Source: Schmidtea polychroa (lineage: Eukaryota). Taken from it: 64,000 nt of DNA. The notes under the pieces were generated by a model that worked only from the letters and a program-made list of their open reading frames with translations, was not told the DNA's origin and ran no database searches. Location of the stretch: positions 13,330,001-13,394,000 of the forward strand of contig CM097885.1 in NCBI GenBank assembly GCA_044892525.1. Direction: 5' to 3'. Within the stretch, counting starts at the first letter, position 1, and the number at the start of each line of letters is the position of its first letter. Of this stretch, positions 52,996 to 64,000 are shown one piece after another. Made by a program: the position numbers and the translations under genes.

Positions 52996-53345
52996 TAACA
53001 TATACACCATTCTTTTTCTCCTATTGTTACTCCTATTACTATTTTTAACAATGATAATTGTTCATTTCTATTATCTTTCGCTCAACTAAATGTAATTTAT
53101 ATTATTTTTCCAACAATAAAATAATTCCCGATTTGGCCATGAGAAAATACGGGTTATATATTGGAAGGGGGAGGTGGGGAGGGGGGGGCAATAAAATAAA
53201 ATAACTGCGGAATTAACTCATTTTCCTGCTATTTAAACAAAATTGCATTGAAAAATTTATTAATAAACATTCTATTTATTTATAGTAAGTAACTAAATTA
53301 ATTAAAATAATTTAATTCTAATTATTAATTTTTTTTAAATTTCAG

Positions 53346-53492
53346 ACGGTCACAAATGCATTTACTGGGGAAATCCTCTTATGCATCGCATTTGCGATGG
53401 AAGTTTCTATATCTGACCAAGGCTCACAATATCACATTTATAAACTTATTCGGAATTCAAATCTGCCAACTCTCAGTAATTTTTCAAATTAA
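53346..53492 (+). CDS. TEAD: Scalloped/TEAD last coding exon
   Basis: TTTCAG|TVTNAFTGEILLCIAFAMEVSISDQGSQYHIYKLIRNSNLPTLSNFSN* matches TEAD [37 protein letters not shown]. Phase 0, matching the donor at 27637. Confidence 0.93.
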   Translation, partial: TVTNAFTGEILLCIAFAMEVSISDQGSQYHIYKLIRNSNLPTLSNFSN

Positions 53493-54997
53493 TCGATTAT
53501 TTTTTATCGAAGATTTTTTTTTATTTGTTGATATCATTGACACCAGTGTGCAAAAAATCAATAAAGATTTGTGCTTCTGGTGATCCAGATCAACAACGAA
53601 CCGCTTCAATCCTTTGAGATTATGTCCAACTCGAGTTTATTTATCGTTCGAAATGTGAACTCAATACAAAATATTGTGATAATAATGTAAAAATTAACTC
53701 AAATCACTTTCAACAAATGTACAGTTGTCCATCCGATGTATGCAAATTTGTTTTTGTTCTCTGATATTTTTTATCTATCGTGTCAACTCTCTCTTTTTAC
53801 ACCAGTTTATTGTTGAAATGGCTTTAATATTTNNNNNNNNNNNNNNNNNNNNNNNNNNNNNNNNNNNNNNNNNNNNNNNNNNNNNNNNNNNNNNNNNNNN
53901 NNNNNNNNNNNNNNNNNNNNNNNNNNNNNNNNNNNNNNNNNNNNNNNNNNNNNNNNNNNNNNNNNNNNNNNNNNNNNNNNNNNNNNNNNNNNNNNNNNNN
54001 NNNNNNNNNNNNNNNNNNNNNNNNNNNNNNNNNNNNNNNNNNNNNNNNNNNNNNNNNNNNNNNNNNNNNNNNNNNNNNNNNNNNNNNNNNNNNNNNNNNN
54101 TTTTTATTATTTTTAAAAAGCGCATTAAAAATCAATTTTAAAATATCTTCGATTTTAATGATAAAAAGTCATTATTAAAATTAAAAATAAATAAATTATT
54201 ATAAAAATAGAATGATTTATCAAAACCAGTATAAAGCCGTTCTGTTGAAAAGGTGCTGTAAGTAATTCTGTATAGATAGATATTGAAAAAGAAAAATCTA
54301 ACAAAAAAAATTACAAATAATCAATTATGGGCTTTCTTTTCTGTGTAAAAATTTAATTTGGTTTATTTTTATCAACGTTTATGCGTATGTTTTATCGGTG
54401 GAAATATCGGATCAGAACCTGTGAAAAGTTTTGTATTGATTTAATAAAAAAACTGAAATTTATGTGGAAGTTTTATTTCGAGTAATTCCAAAATTAAATT
54501 GGCGAGAAATTCGTCGGGAAAAAAAAATCTTAATGCGAATGTGTTTTGAAATCTAACCTCATTGTAATTGTTTACACTTATCTGTTGTTATTAAATTTGT
54601 TATTTATTTGATTTTGTTTTAGTCGATAGATGGATTTTTTAAATAGAATTTTTATTAGTAAGTAATGTGCATTTATGGATTTATCAATAAATTTAATGGG
54701 GAAATATATTGATTTTAAAGTTATCGAGATGGGTAGGGGGTAGCATGCAAGGATAAGTTTAGAGTCCCATTATTATTGGATTCAATTTAATATTATATGA
54801 CATTGAATGTTAAATATTAAAATCATATAAATATGGATATTTTAGAGCAAAACCATTAAAAATTGAACAGTTTCAATTATAAAAATCTTTTTAAACCAAT
54901 TTAACAATTTAAAAATTTTTTTGAAAATGAAAAATAGGCCAAATTAATTGAATTTGTACCAAATTTTTTAAAAATTGAATGTGTGTGTATGTGTGTT

Positions 54998-55091
54998 GAG
55001 TACGACCAGTTCCCGTGTGACCTGTACTCCTTAGGGGTCAAATACTTTGTCAGATAAACTCAGACTATATGTCAATATCTATATGACTATA
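54998..55091 (+). repeat. Dispersed ~93-bp repeat, copy 2
   Basis: See 17488-17580. Confidence 0.8.
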
Positions 55092-56042
55092 ATTAATTGG
55101 CCGAGTTTATGTGGAGAAGCAGTATTGGCAATGAGAATCCATTCGATGCTATTCTGGATGAGTGGAAGAATCTAAATTGCCTAAATTAGTTTTAAAAGAT
55201 TTTTATAATTGAAACTGTTCATTTTTTGATGAGGTTAAGATAGTCAACCTGAAAGTACTAAAAATTTTATTTTTACAACGAATCTCAAATGATTTGATGA
55301 AAAGAATAAATAGATGAAATAAACTCTCAATTCTGTATATTTGCATGTGCAATTTTTAGGGAAAATGGTAATTATCGGATAAATAATTTCAACGGTGATG
55401 AATTTTGCAGATTGCTGGCCCAGTGTAAATGATAATGTAGAAAATTGCAGAAAATTAAATTCCATCTATACATCATTACTCTGGAAACTCGGGAGAAAAA
55501 TTTATTAAGAATAAATGTGCTGACAAATAATGGTTTCATGTCACGAATCTCTTTTCTTTCCTTCAACATTTTTTGATTTTAAATGTTTGAATTTAAACAC
55601 TTATAACTATTTAAATTAACATTTAATTCAATTAAAAAAAATAAAAAATAGGTGGAGAAAGGAATAATTATCGTGACCTCCTTAATTGTTTACATAAATG
55701 AATAAAACAAATATTTTTGTAAGGAATTTATTGTATCAAACCTTTGACACGACATAGTCAACCCAATTGGGCAAAAAGTCAATAGAAAAAGTAAGCAGAA
55801 ATAGAAAATTGAAGAAAACATTTCCTAAGCTCAAGTGCTTTCTGCCGACTACTGACAAATTTATCAAGTAGTAAGGTTTTTAGAATATCTTTTTCCAACA
55901 ACAAATAGGTCTGTAAAACAAAGTACAAATAATGTGATTAGAAAACATGCATGTCTCTAATTTGTTAACAAAGAAAAGAAAGTATCTAGAACATACCAAA
56001 GAAATACAATATGTTTTTCGGTGTTGTTTCATAATTGTTATA

Positions 56043-56925
56043 CAGTAAACCCTCCAACTGCGCGGTTTTTCATTGCGCGGTTTCGCAATTGCGCGGCCAA
56101 ACCTTTAATACCAAAATTTCGATCTGCGCGCTAAAAATTTCGTAGCTGCGCGGTTTTTTTTTGTTTCAAAATTTAGAATCAGAAGATATCACGGAAGTCA
56201 TTGTGTCAAATGAAGAAAATAATACTGTTGACGATATTTTGACACAGTTCGGCGGTAATAATGATGAAAATGATGAAAGTGAAGAAGATGTACAGATTAC
56301 AGAAGAGAAAAAGTTTACTACCGAAAAACTATCAAGTTTTTTAAAACTTGGTAGTCAACTTGAACAGCAAGCTCTTAATATAGACCCTGATATGGAGCGT
56401 GCCTTAAAATTTCGGAGAAATCTGACAGCAGCTTTAGCACCATATGCTGAAATTTATAAAGAAAAACAAGAACTGGTAAGCAATCAGTGTTAACAAGCTT
56501 TTTTCAAAAAATTATACAATCACAGCCAATAGAATCAAGCTCATCAGCATGTAGCAGTGATTAATATAACGTTACTTATGTTAATTTTTATTTATGTTTA
56601 GTCGTTGAATTGAGACTGTTTTTTAGTTCTTGTATTGTTTTTTATAATTTTTATTTATGTTAAATTTTTATTAATTTTTATAATAGTAATATTAATTATG
56701 TAAAAGCAATGAATTGAGACTGTTTTTATTAGTTTTTATGTTTATATAAATGTAAATATGTATATTAGTCGTTGAATAAAGACTTTTTATTATATTTTTT
56801 CATATTTTTGTAATATCTGGAACCTAACCCCATAATTACATATAAAATCGGGTTCACAGTGCGCGGTTTCGGTTTGCGCGTTGTTTTTGTGGAACGTATC
56901 TACCGCGCAGTTGGAGGGTTTACTG
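56043..56925 (+). mobile_element. Internally deleted Tigger/pogo DNA transposon (883 bp)
   Basis: 24-bp perfect TIR CAGTAAACCCTCCAACTGCGCGGT, TA TSD. ORF 56161-56493 carries the Tigger-type C-terminus DPDMERALKFRRNLTAALAPYAEIYKEKQ. Confidence 0.9.
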
Positions 56926-58809
56926 TACATCTATATTCTTCAGTCGCTTTGAGTGAGGGAGAGCTTCAAATAAATGTTTTCCTGGTGTGAGAGCAAGAAG
57001 AGTACATAAAGAAAAATAATAAATGATTAAACATAAAGGATGTCAAAATTATTAATACATGGGATCGTTTAAATATTATGTTATGAATTTCTGAATTTCT
57101 TCAGATCCACAATTTGAAATCATCTTTAGTAAATTTAGGAGTGTATGATAAAATCGTTGATATTTCTCGAAAGAAATGAATGGAAAAAGATTGGACGGGA
57201 GTGAAGTTTTCACTATTAATGACATTGGGAACTTTTGGCAACTTGACGGATCATATGCCTCAAGTCCTATACGAACATTGTCTGATAGAATAATTTCAAA
57301 ATCATCGTAATTATTCTTGTCATATTAGTTGTTAATAAATTTGGATTCACCAACTGGAACATTTAATTCAATTTCTTTAATCCTTTCCTTTCCATTGTGA
57401 TAATCAATCAAACTGATACTTCTGTCATTGGGTTCATCTACATCAGTGTTTCTCACGGTGGGGCATCACGCCTCAGAAGGGGGCACCGTACTTCAGAGGT
57501 GGAACACGTCAGCAATTATTAACTATTCATATATAACAACTAAATATAACAACGTGCATACATCAATTTCATCGACCGTTATTTTATGTTCATCATGACA
57601 GTTCAAATTGAAACATCTCGATGAAGTCCTGAAAAAATAAAGGCAGTTTGCTAGGAATTATAACTATCCTATTAGCTAAGTTACCTCAAATTCACATTAA
57701 TATAACATAATTTTTATTGCTAATTGAACTGAAACTTCGAGTATCATTTATTAATTTAATGTTTAATGTCACGCAATGTATTTTCTAACATAAAAGTTTA
57801 TAATAAAAATAAAATATATTTGAAAATTTCCTATCAACATTTAAAAGAGTGAGAGAAGCAAAATAAATTTTTGTTTATCCAAATGAAATGTTTGCACTTT
57901 TTACTGACACAACTTGAGATTAGATGAAAAATATTTTAATGCCAAAAATTTAAGCTATAAAAATATGGGAGATTCTATTCCTCCCAATGGGAAAATTGAA
58001 AAATTAATTTTCTCAAAAGTCAATAAATTGTGAAATACATAAAAACATACCAACCGCTCATTAAAACAAACATTTATTGCGATAGACTCCAGAATGCAAA
58101 CGAAACATTTTGTGTTTAGACATTTATTAAATAACATTTTCAGATAAAATTTCCATTATTATTTTTCATAAATTTTTTTTAAAAATCTATTTAGAATCAA
58201 ACTTTTATAGTCAGAAGAGATTCGGATTTGCATTTACGAGCTTGGAGGCTGTTGGAGCTGTCAGTAAAATTAAAAGGTTTATTGAACTCAAAGAAACGGG
58301 GGAAAGACATGAAATGTGTCTTTTCAGGCAAAGATTCCCCATCAACCAAAATCATAATTTCATGTGAAAATCTAATAAAGCCCATTTGAGGAGGAATGGT
58401 AAAATTATTCAAAGCTCATTCTATCCAATATAGATTTTTAACTTAATAAAAAAGTCTGCAAAAATTAACATTGATTCAAAGCAGTAAGTACCTCACCACC
58501 TGTCATTATTGAGACGAGTCTTAATTGATAATCCAGGAGATTAAAGAAATTAAATATTGAACCAAGCAGCTGTTGTCATACCTCTAGTATAAAAATAAAA
58601 TCGAATCAGACAAAGTTTACTAACAGCAGCATTCAGGGCTAATTGGTGAAGTGATTGGTAAAACGATAAGAAAGGTAACAAACGTCTTGGTTAATATTAA
58701 TTAGCAAGCACCCCGACCACGAGAAGCAGCACTTCTACCTGACTTGCTCGTTGGATTAAAATTATAGGGGATTATCAGTAGGAAACGGTAGATCACGCTT
58801 GATCTAAGC

Positions 58810-60910
58810 CAGTGTTTCCCAAAGTGGGCGATATCCCCCCCTGGGGGCGGTAGAGCTATCCAGGGGGGCGACAGTAGCCGACAGTACAATTGGGGGTCGT
58901 TGAATAAAAATATAGGGGCGGTGGAAGCATTAAGAAAATTAAAAAAAACTCGTGTTCGCACAATGTTGTTAAATTACAGTTAAATTTTTAATGAATACGT
59001 TATTTTACAATACATTTGTTCCATGTAAAAAAAATTGTGTAAAAAAAGCTCATGTGAAAGTCACATTTTTCTGTCACTTTTCTCTCGCAATTTCATTAAA
59101 TCTATGCACTTTTTTGCACGATCGTGTGAAAAAAGAGTTAAATGTAGGCGACATACGTGAAATCTAATTCATTATTGTTTCTAAATTGTGTGTGACAAGT
59201 AATTAACAATATTGCAAGTGATATAAGTGATTATGAATTTGAATTTATATTGATCACTTTTATCTTTTTGGTTAAATATATATTTATTACATGTGATTAT
59301 TTTAAACATATTTTCTCTCATAACTCTGTAAGTTTTTGTGTCTTCTAGTATTTATTGGTATTTTAGTTAAAACCCGTTATTTTTAATTTTATATCACCAT
59401 AATTTTTATAGATAATATCATGAGTGGACCTAAGAAAAAATGTAGACAATATAGTGTTGAATACTTGAAATTTGGCTTTATTCAGTCGTCCACAAACCAA
59501 ACATTACCAATGTGCCTGATATGCCAAAAGGTTTTATCAAATGAAGCTATGAAGCCTTCAAGAATGCAAGAACATTTAAAGAAAGTTCATGTTGACTAAA
59601 AAGATAAAGATTTATCATATTTCCAATCACTAAAAGACAAATTTATGAAACAACCGTCATTGGCAAATCTATTTTCAGTAGCATTCAAACAAGATGACGA
59701 TGGTCTGCGTGCTTCTTACAATATATCGTTATTGATTGCTAAATCAGGAAAACCTCATACTGTTGGTGAACAACTAATTCTACCGGCTATAAGTGAGTTA
59801 ATTCGAACTATGCTACATAAGCCAGCATCTGATATTATCAAGAAAATTCCTTTGAGCAATAATACAGTGCATACAGAAGTTCGTTGGCTGTCAAAAGGTG
59901 CCTGTTTGGCTAGGTTCTATAAACTCTTTGACCTAGTGCTAGTGTTCCTAGAAAACAAAGATGATGCTTTACGAGCCAAATTGATTGATTCAAAAAATGA
60001 CGTAGCTTATTTGACAGATTTGTTTCACAAATTTAATGAATCAAATCAACAGCTCCAAGGCGATGACCTGAACTTAATTAAAACAAAAACGGTTATTTCT
60101 TCATTTGTAGCAAAACTTTTTCTGTACAAACAAAATTTGGGAAGAGGAGAATTCAGCCAGTTTCCAAATTTATCAACAGTGGAAAAACATGATGAAGACT
60201 TGATTGCTTATTGCCAGCACTTGGAGGCTCTTCATTCTGACTTCAATACACGATTTGAAGATATTCTTAAAATGAACATACCCGATTGGGTTTTGGACCC
60301 TTTTTCAAATGCAAATACAGAAGAATCTCCAAAATTACAAGAAGAACTGATAGAAATAACAACAAATGAGGAATTAAAATTTAAATTCAAAAACGGCTAC
60401 CAGTTGTTTTGGCTGCAAAAGCAAATACCCACGCTTTATCCTGGATTATGGGCTATCGTACAGAAGTTTATCATAGCCTTTCCATCATCTTATTTAGTGG
60501 AACGTGGTTTCAGTGCGGTCACAAATATGCTTACCAAAAAGAGAAACCGACTGCAAATAACTAATCGTGGTGATTTAAGAATGCTTCTGACAGAAATAGA
60601 GCCAAATGTAAATAAATTGGTAGCAGTACACCAGGTTCATCCTTCTCATTAGGATTAATATTAATTTTCTATGTATTAAAAATGAATTTCTTTGATTTAA
60701 TAAATAATTTTATAATTTGAAAGTCAAGGTGCCTTATAACAACATCTTTCTTTATTTTGTCCCCTAGGTACAAATATAGATACATAAAAAACCCACTGTA
60801 AATTTTAGTTCGATTGCTTAAATCCTTAAATAATGAAGAGTTCCAGGGGGCGTTAAGTAATTTTTTTTATGAAAAAGGGGCAGTAGGCCAAAAAAGTTTG
60901 GGAAACTATG
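58810..60910 (+). mobile_element. hAT transposon (Buster/Charlie group), 2101 bp
   Basis: TIR CAGTGTTTCCCAAA / TTTGGGAAACTATG (2 mismatches). 8-bp TSD ATCTAAGC at 58802-58809 and 60911-60918. Confidence 0.92.
59420..60652 (+). pseudogene. Buster/ZBED5-like hAT transposase, with a premature stop and an in-frame internal deletion
   Basis: ATG 59420 gives MSGPKKKCRQYSVEYLKFGF...CLICQKVLSNEAMKPSRMQEHLKKVH (BED finger). TAA at 59597-59599, then the same frame continues. PLSNNTV is joined directly to HTEVRWLS. C-terminal FPSSYLVERGFS dimerisation domain present. Confidence 0.88.
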
Positions 60911-63031
60911 ATCTAAGCGATAGCGTAAATTTTGGGAAACTCCCCGCTCTTTATCCAAGCTTCATTATATACAGTGCTGTGGGCAATTAGACCCAGAATT
61001 TGTTACTTACTCTGAGGACGGTTTTTACAACAGATTTTTGTACTTCATAGAATCAGCATTTTTGGGTTAATAAGTGTTTTGTATATTTTGTGCTAAACAA
61101 TAAACACATTTTAAACAAAGTCTTTGTTTTTTAAATCATATTATTTATATACATATTTTACACGCACATATATCTTTGGAGTCAGATATATCATTCTGTG
61201 TTATGAATATCTTAGTTCACAGATTCAATCCTAACAGTTTCAATCATTGACTCGTTGAACGATTATAATATCAATCGGAATTCACTGAGAGAGTGAGAAG
61301 TGGTCGGCGAATTGGTTCGAATTACATTGGACAAGTTCATTTAGTGAAAACAAATCTAAGAATTTAATTAATTTCAACGCAACTTATAAAGATATGCATT
61401 TCATGAAATATCGTAACAAAAATGTCTGGGAATTCCAGTTGAAGATATAATCAAAAGGAACAGTCGGGCATGTCAAAATTGTTAATAATGGATTTCCTGG
61501 AATTTAAAGTTTTCTCTGCATGGCAAATAAAGCATTCTGCCAAAATTCCTCCAGTGAAATATTTAAAATTCACCTCATCGGTTCAATATAGAAACGAACT
61601 TCAACGAGAGATAAATCTCTCATGATATTACATTTTTTTTCTGTTAAATTCTCAGCAACACTGACCGATCCACGACAATTTTTCCGAATCGTTTTCTGAT
61701 TTTCCCATTGGCCGTTACCGGTTAAGAATAATTGATTTTCATTTTTATGTTGCAATATTGACCAGTTTATTTATCCAATTGAAATCGTTTTCATGGATTG
61801 ATAAATTGTTGAGTTTTCCGATTACATCTGACTTATAATAATAAAATTAAAATTGTTGGAGATATACAAAAATGTATAAAATAAAATTGAAAAATGGTAA
61901 TTATTACAAATTAATTAAGAAATTAATTAAATATGCATAAAGGTAAATATCAATATATTCATTGATTGGTGGCTAACTTGCTTTCATGTTCACCTTCAAA
62001 CATTTGCCGAACTTGGAAATGATTTCCTAAAGGTACATCATCATTTTATTCAAAATTTCCCTTCCATTATATGCCCCTTCATACTGTAAAAAGATTCAAA
62101 ATAATAGAGATTCCAAGAATGTTTTAAACGCCTAATTCAGAACTACAGTAAAAAATCCGGTTTTCCGACATAAATAAAAATTAACAATTAATATATTCTT
62201 TAATAAGATATTTACAAAAATCATAATATTACCGGGACACAAAAAGCAACCAACATAAACTCTATTTCTCAAAATAATATCCTTGTAAATCCATGCACTA
62301 ATCCACCGAGATGCCAGATAAACAAGGATTTTTGAAGGTTTTCTTTTACTCCCTTTTCAAATTCTTTTTAATCAGCGAAATGCTAATATGTTTAAGTTTT
62401 GTTTCAATGGTTAAATAGATAAAAGTTCGAAGGAGTAAGACCTCAGCTACATTGTATATGCTATATAGTAGTTCCAATCCACAATCCTCGTTCTTTGATA
62501 AGAAGTCCCGACTCTTGCTTCTTGATGCATCATTGTGTAAATAATACAACTTATACTCTGTTTTCAATTAACATCTTTATCTTTTCCATCCTTTAGAATA
62601 ATATGCACCAAGAAAAAATAAAATGATTTAACAAACATATTTAATAAATATTATTTAATTTATTGTAATGTCGCTGAAACTACTTGTTGGGAGATCTACG
62701 TATGAATATTGATAATAATTGTCATATAAATTGTCATCTTTCCAATGGCGGTGAATTTATTCAGTTTGATTAATCTTGTTTCAAACGAAAGTGTGAAGTG
62801 CATATCTGCGTTCACAGTTCCGCAAAATTCATCCAATCAGAAACCGGTGATCCGAAAATCAAATTTGTCAAATATATTGTCATAGCGTAAATCAGTTCGA
62901 CACAAGCTCTAAAAACAACAGAATGATCAACCTAACAATTATGAAAACAGACAAAAGTAAAATTTTGTTTTTTCACAATATTTTCTTTTCATAAATCCAT
63001 TTTAAAAATTATTTTTAATTTAAAAAAGCCA

Positions 63032-63157
63032 ATGGATGAAGTGATTAAAATTGTTAAAGAAACCGAATTGATCATGATAAAAAATCAGAAAAGTATTATC
63101 GAAAGAATGGACAAGATAAACGACTTAAATGACAGATCTGAATTTATTAGGGAACAA
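63032..63157 (+). CDS. Possible synaptobrevin/VAMP-like R-SNARE exon
   Basis: MDEVIKIVKETELIMIKNQKSIIERMDKINDLNDRSEFIREQ|GTAAAT resembles the R-SNARE coil (ImxxNxxxvlERxxKlxxLxDRsexL). CCAAT boxes upstream (~62742, ~62833). The rest falls in a gap. Confidence 0.45.
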
Positions 63158-64000
63158 GTAAATATAATTAATANNNNNNNNNNNNNNNNNNNNNNNNNNN
63201 NNNNNNNNNNNNNNNNNNNNNNNNNNNNNNNNNNNNNNNNNNNNNNNNNNNNNNNNNNNNNNNNNNNNNNNNNNNNNNNNNNNNNNNNNNNNNNNNNNNN
63301 NNNNNNNNNNNNNNNNNNNNNNNNNNNNNNNNNNNNNNNNNNNNNNNNNNNNNNNNNNNNNNNNNNNNNNNNNNNNNNNNNNNNNNNNNNNNNNNNNNNN
63401 NNNNNNNNNNNNNNNNNNNNNNNNNNNNNNNNNNNNNNNNNNNNNNNNNNNNNNNNNNNNNNNNNNNNNNNNNNNNNNNNNNNNNNNNNNNNNNNNNNNN
63501 NNNNNNNNNNNNNNNNNNNNNNNNNNNNNNNNNNNNNNNNNNNNNNNNNNNNNNNNNNNNNNNNNNNNNNNNNNNNNNNNNNNNNNNNNNNNNNNNNNNN
63601 NNNNNNNNNNNNNNNNNNNNNNNNNNNNNNNNNNNNNNNNNNNNNNNNNNNNNNNNNNNNNNNNNNNNNNNNNNNNNNNNNNNNNNNNNNNNNNNNNNNN
63701 NNNNNNNNNNNNNNNNNNNNNNNNNNNNNNNNNNNNNNNNNNNNNNNNNNNNNNNNNNNNNNNNNNNNNNNNNNNNNNNNNNNNNNNNNNNNNNNNNNNN
63801 NNNNNNNNNNNNNNNNNNNNNNNNNNNNNNNNNNNNNNNNNNNNNNNNNNNNNNNNNNNNNNNNNNNNNNNNNNNNNNNNNNNNNNNNNNTCAATGTTAT
63901 ATTATAATCAATGAAAAATAAAACAAAATCTAATTCCATCTCAGATCGACTATGGAAAGATATAAAATAATAAAAATTAGTAAAAAATAGTATAATTAAG

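Larger units (their letters stand above)
7159..63890. other. Scaffold gaps (N runs) at ~7159-7365, 14581-14759, 14986-15247, 15588-15744, 23250-23460, 26580-26777, 45990-46149, 53833-54100, 63174-63890
   Basis: Read directly. Track ORFs spanning them are artefacts, and exons may be hidden in them. Confidence 0.95.

Noticed and set aside
59645-60652. Domesticated ZBED5/SCAND3-like host gene
   Set aside because: It is enclosed by TIRs and an 8-bp TSD, has an upstream in-frame stop, and lacks the catalytic core. It is a transposon copy.
7027-63939. Track ORFs consisting largely of X, and the many 60-100-aa AT-rich ORFs
   Set aside because: These are artefacts of N gaps, alternative start codons and low-complexity composition, with no recognisable domains.

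Overview
Very AT-rich, gap-containing eukaryotic (animal, probably invertebrate) genomic DNA, dense in transposon debris. The host gene visible here is a scalloped/TEAD transcription factor on the + strand. Three C-terminal exons are confident (23499-23580, 27484-27636, 53346-53492), and the last intron is about 25.7 kb. The standout is a structurally complete, very young, 4589-bp BEL/Pao-type LTR retroelement on the - strand (1694-6282). It has 768-bp TG...CA LTRs differing at one base that I could find, a TTGAG target-site duplication, a tRNA-iMet-type PBS and a PPT, and it is nested in a hAT MITE. It has no recognisable intact protease, RT, RNase H or integrase. Its single 1146-codon ORF joins in one frame: a fragment resembling ESCRT-II SNF8/Vps22 and a fragment resembling proteasome alpha subunit PSMA6 (both lying inside the LTR, so present twice), a diverged ubiquitin with an intact Gly-Gly end, and a BEL/Pao Gag. 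The rest of the window holds hAT, pogo/Tigger, Tc1/mariner, piggyBac and Gypsy remnants, several MITEs, a high-copy fold-back repeat with an asymmetric tail, and a possible R-SNARE exon near the right end. Protein assignments are by eye against reference sequences recalled from memory. No database search was run.
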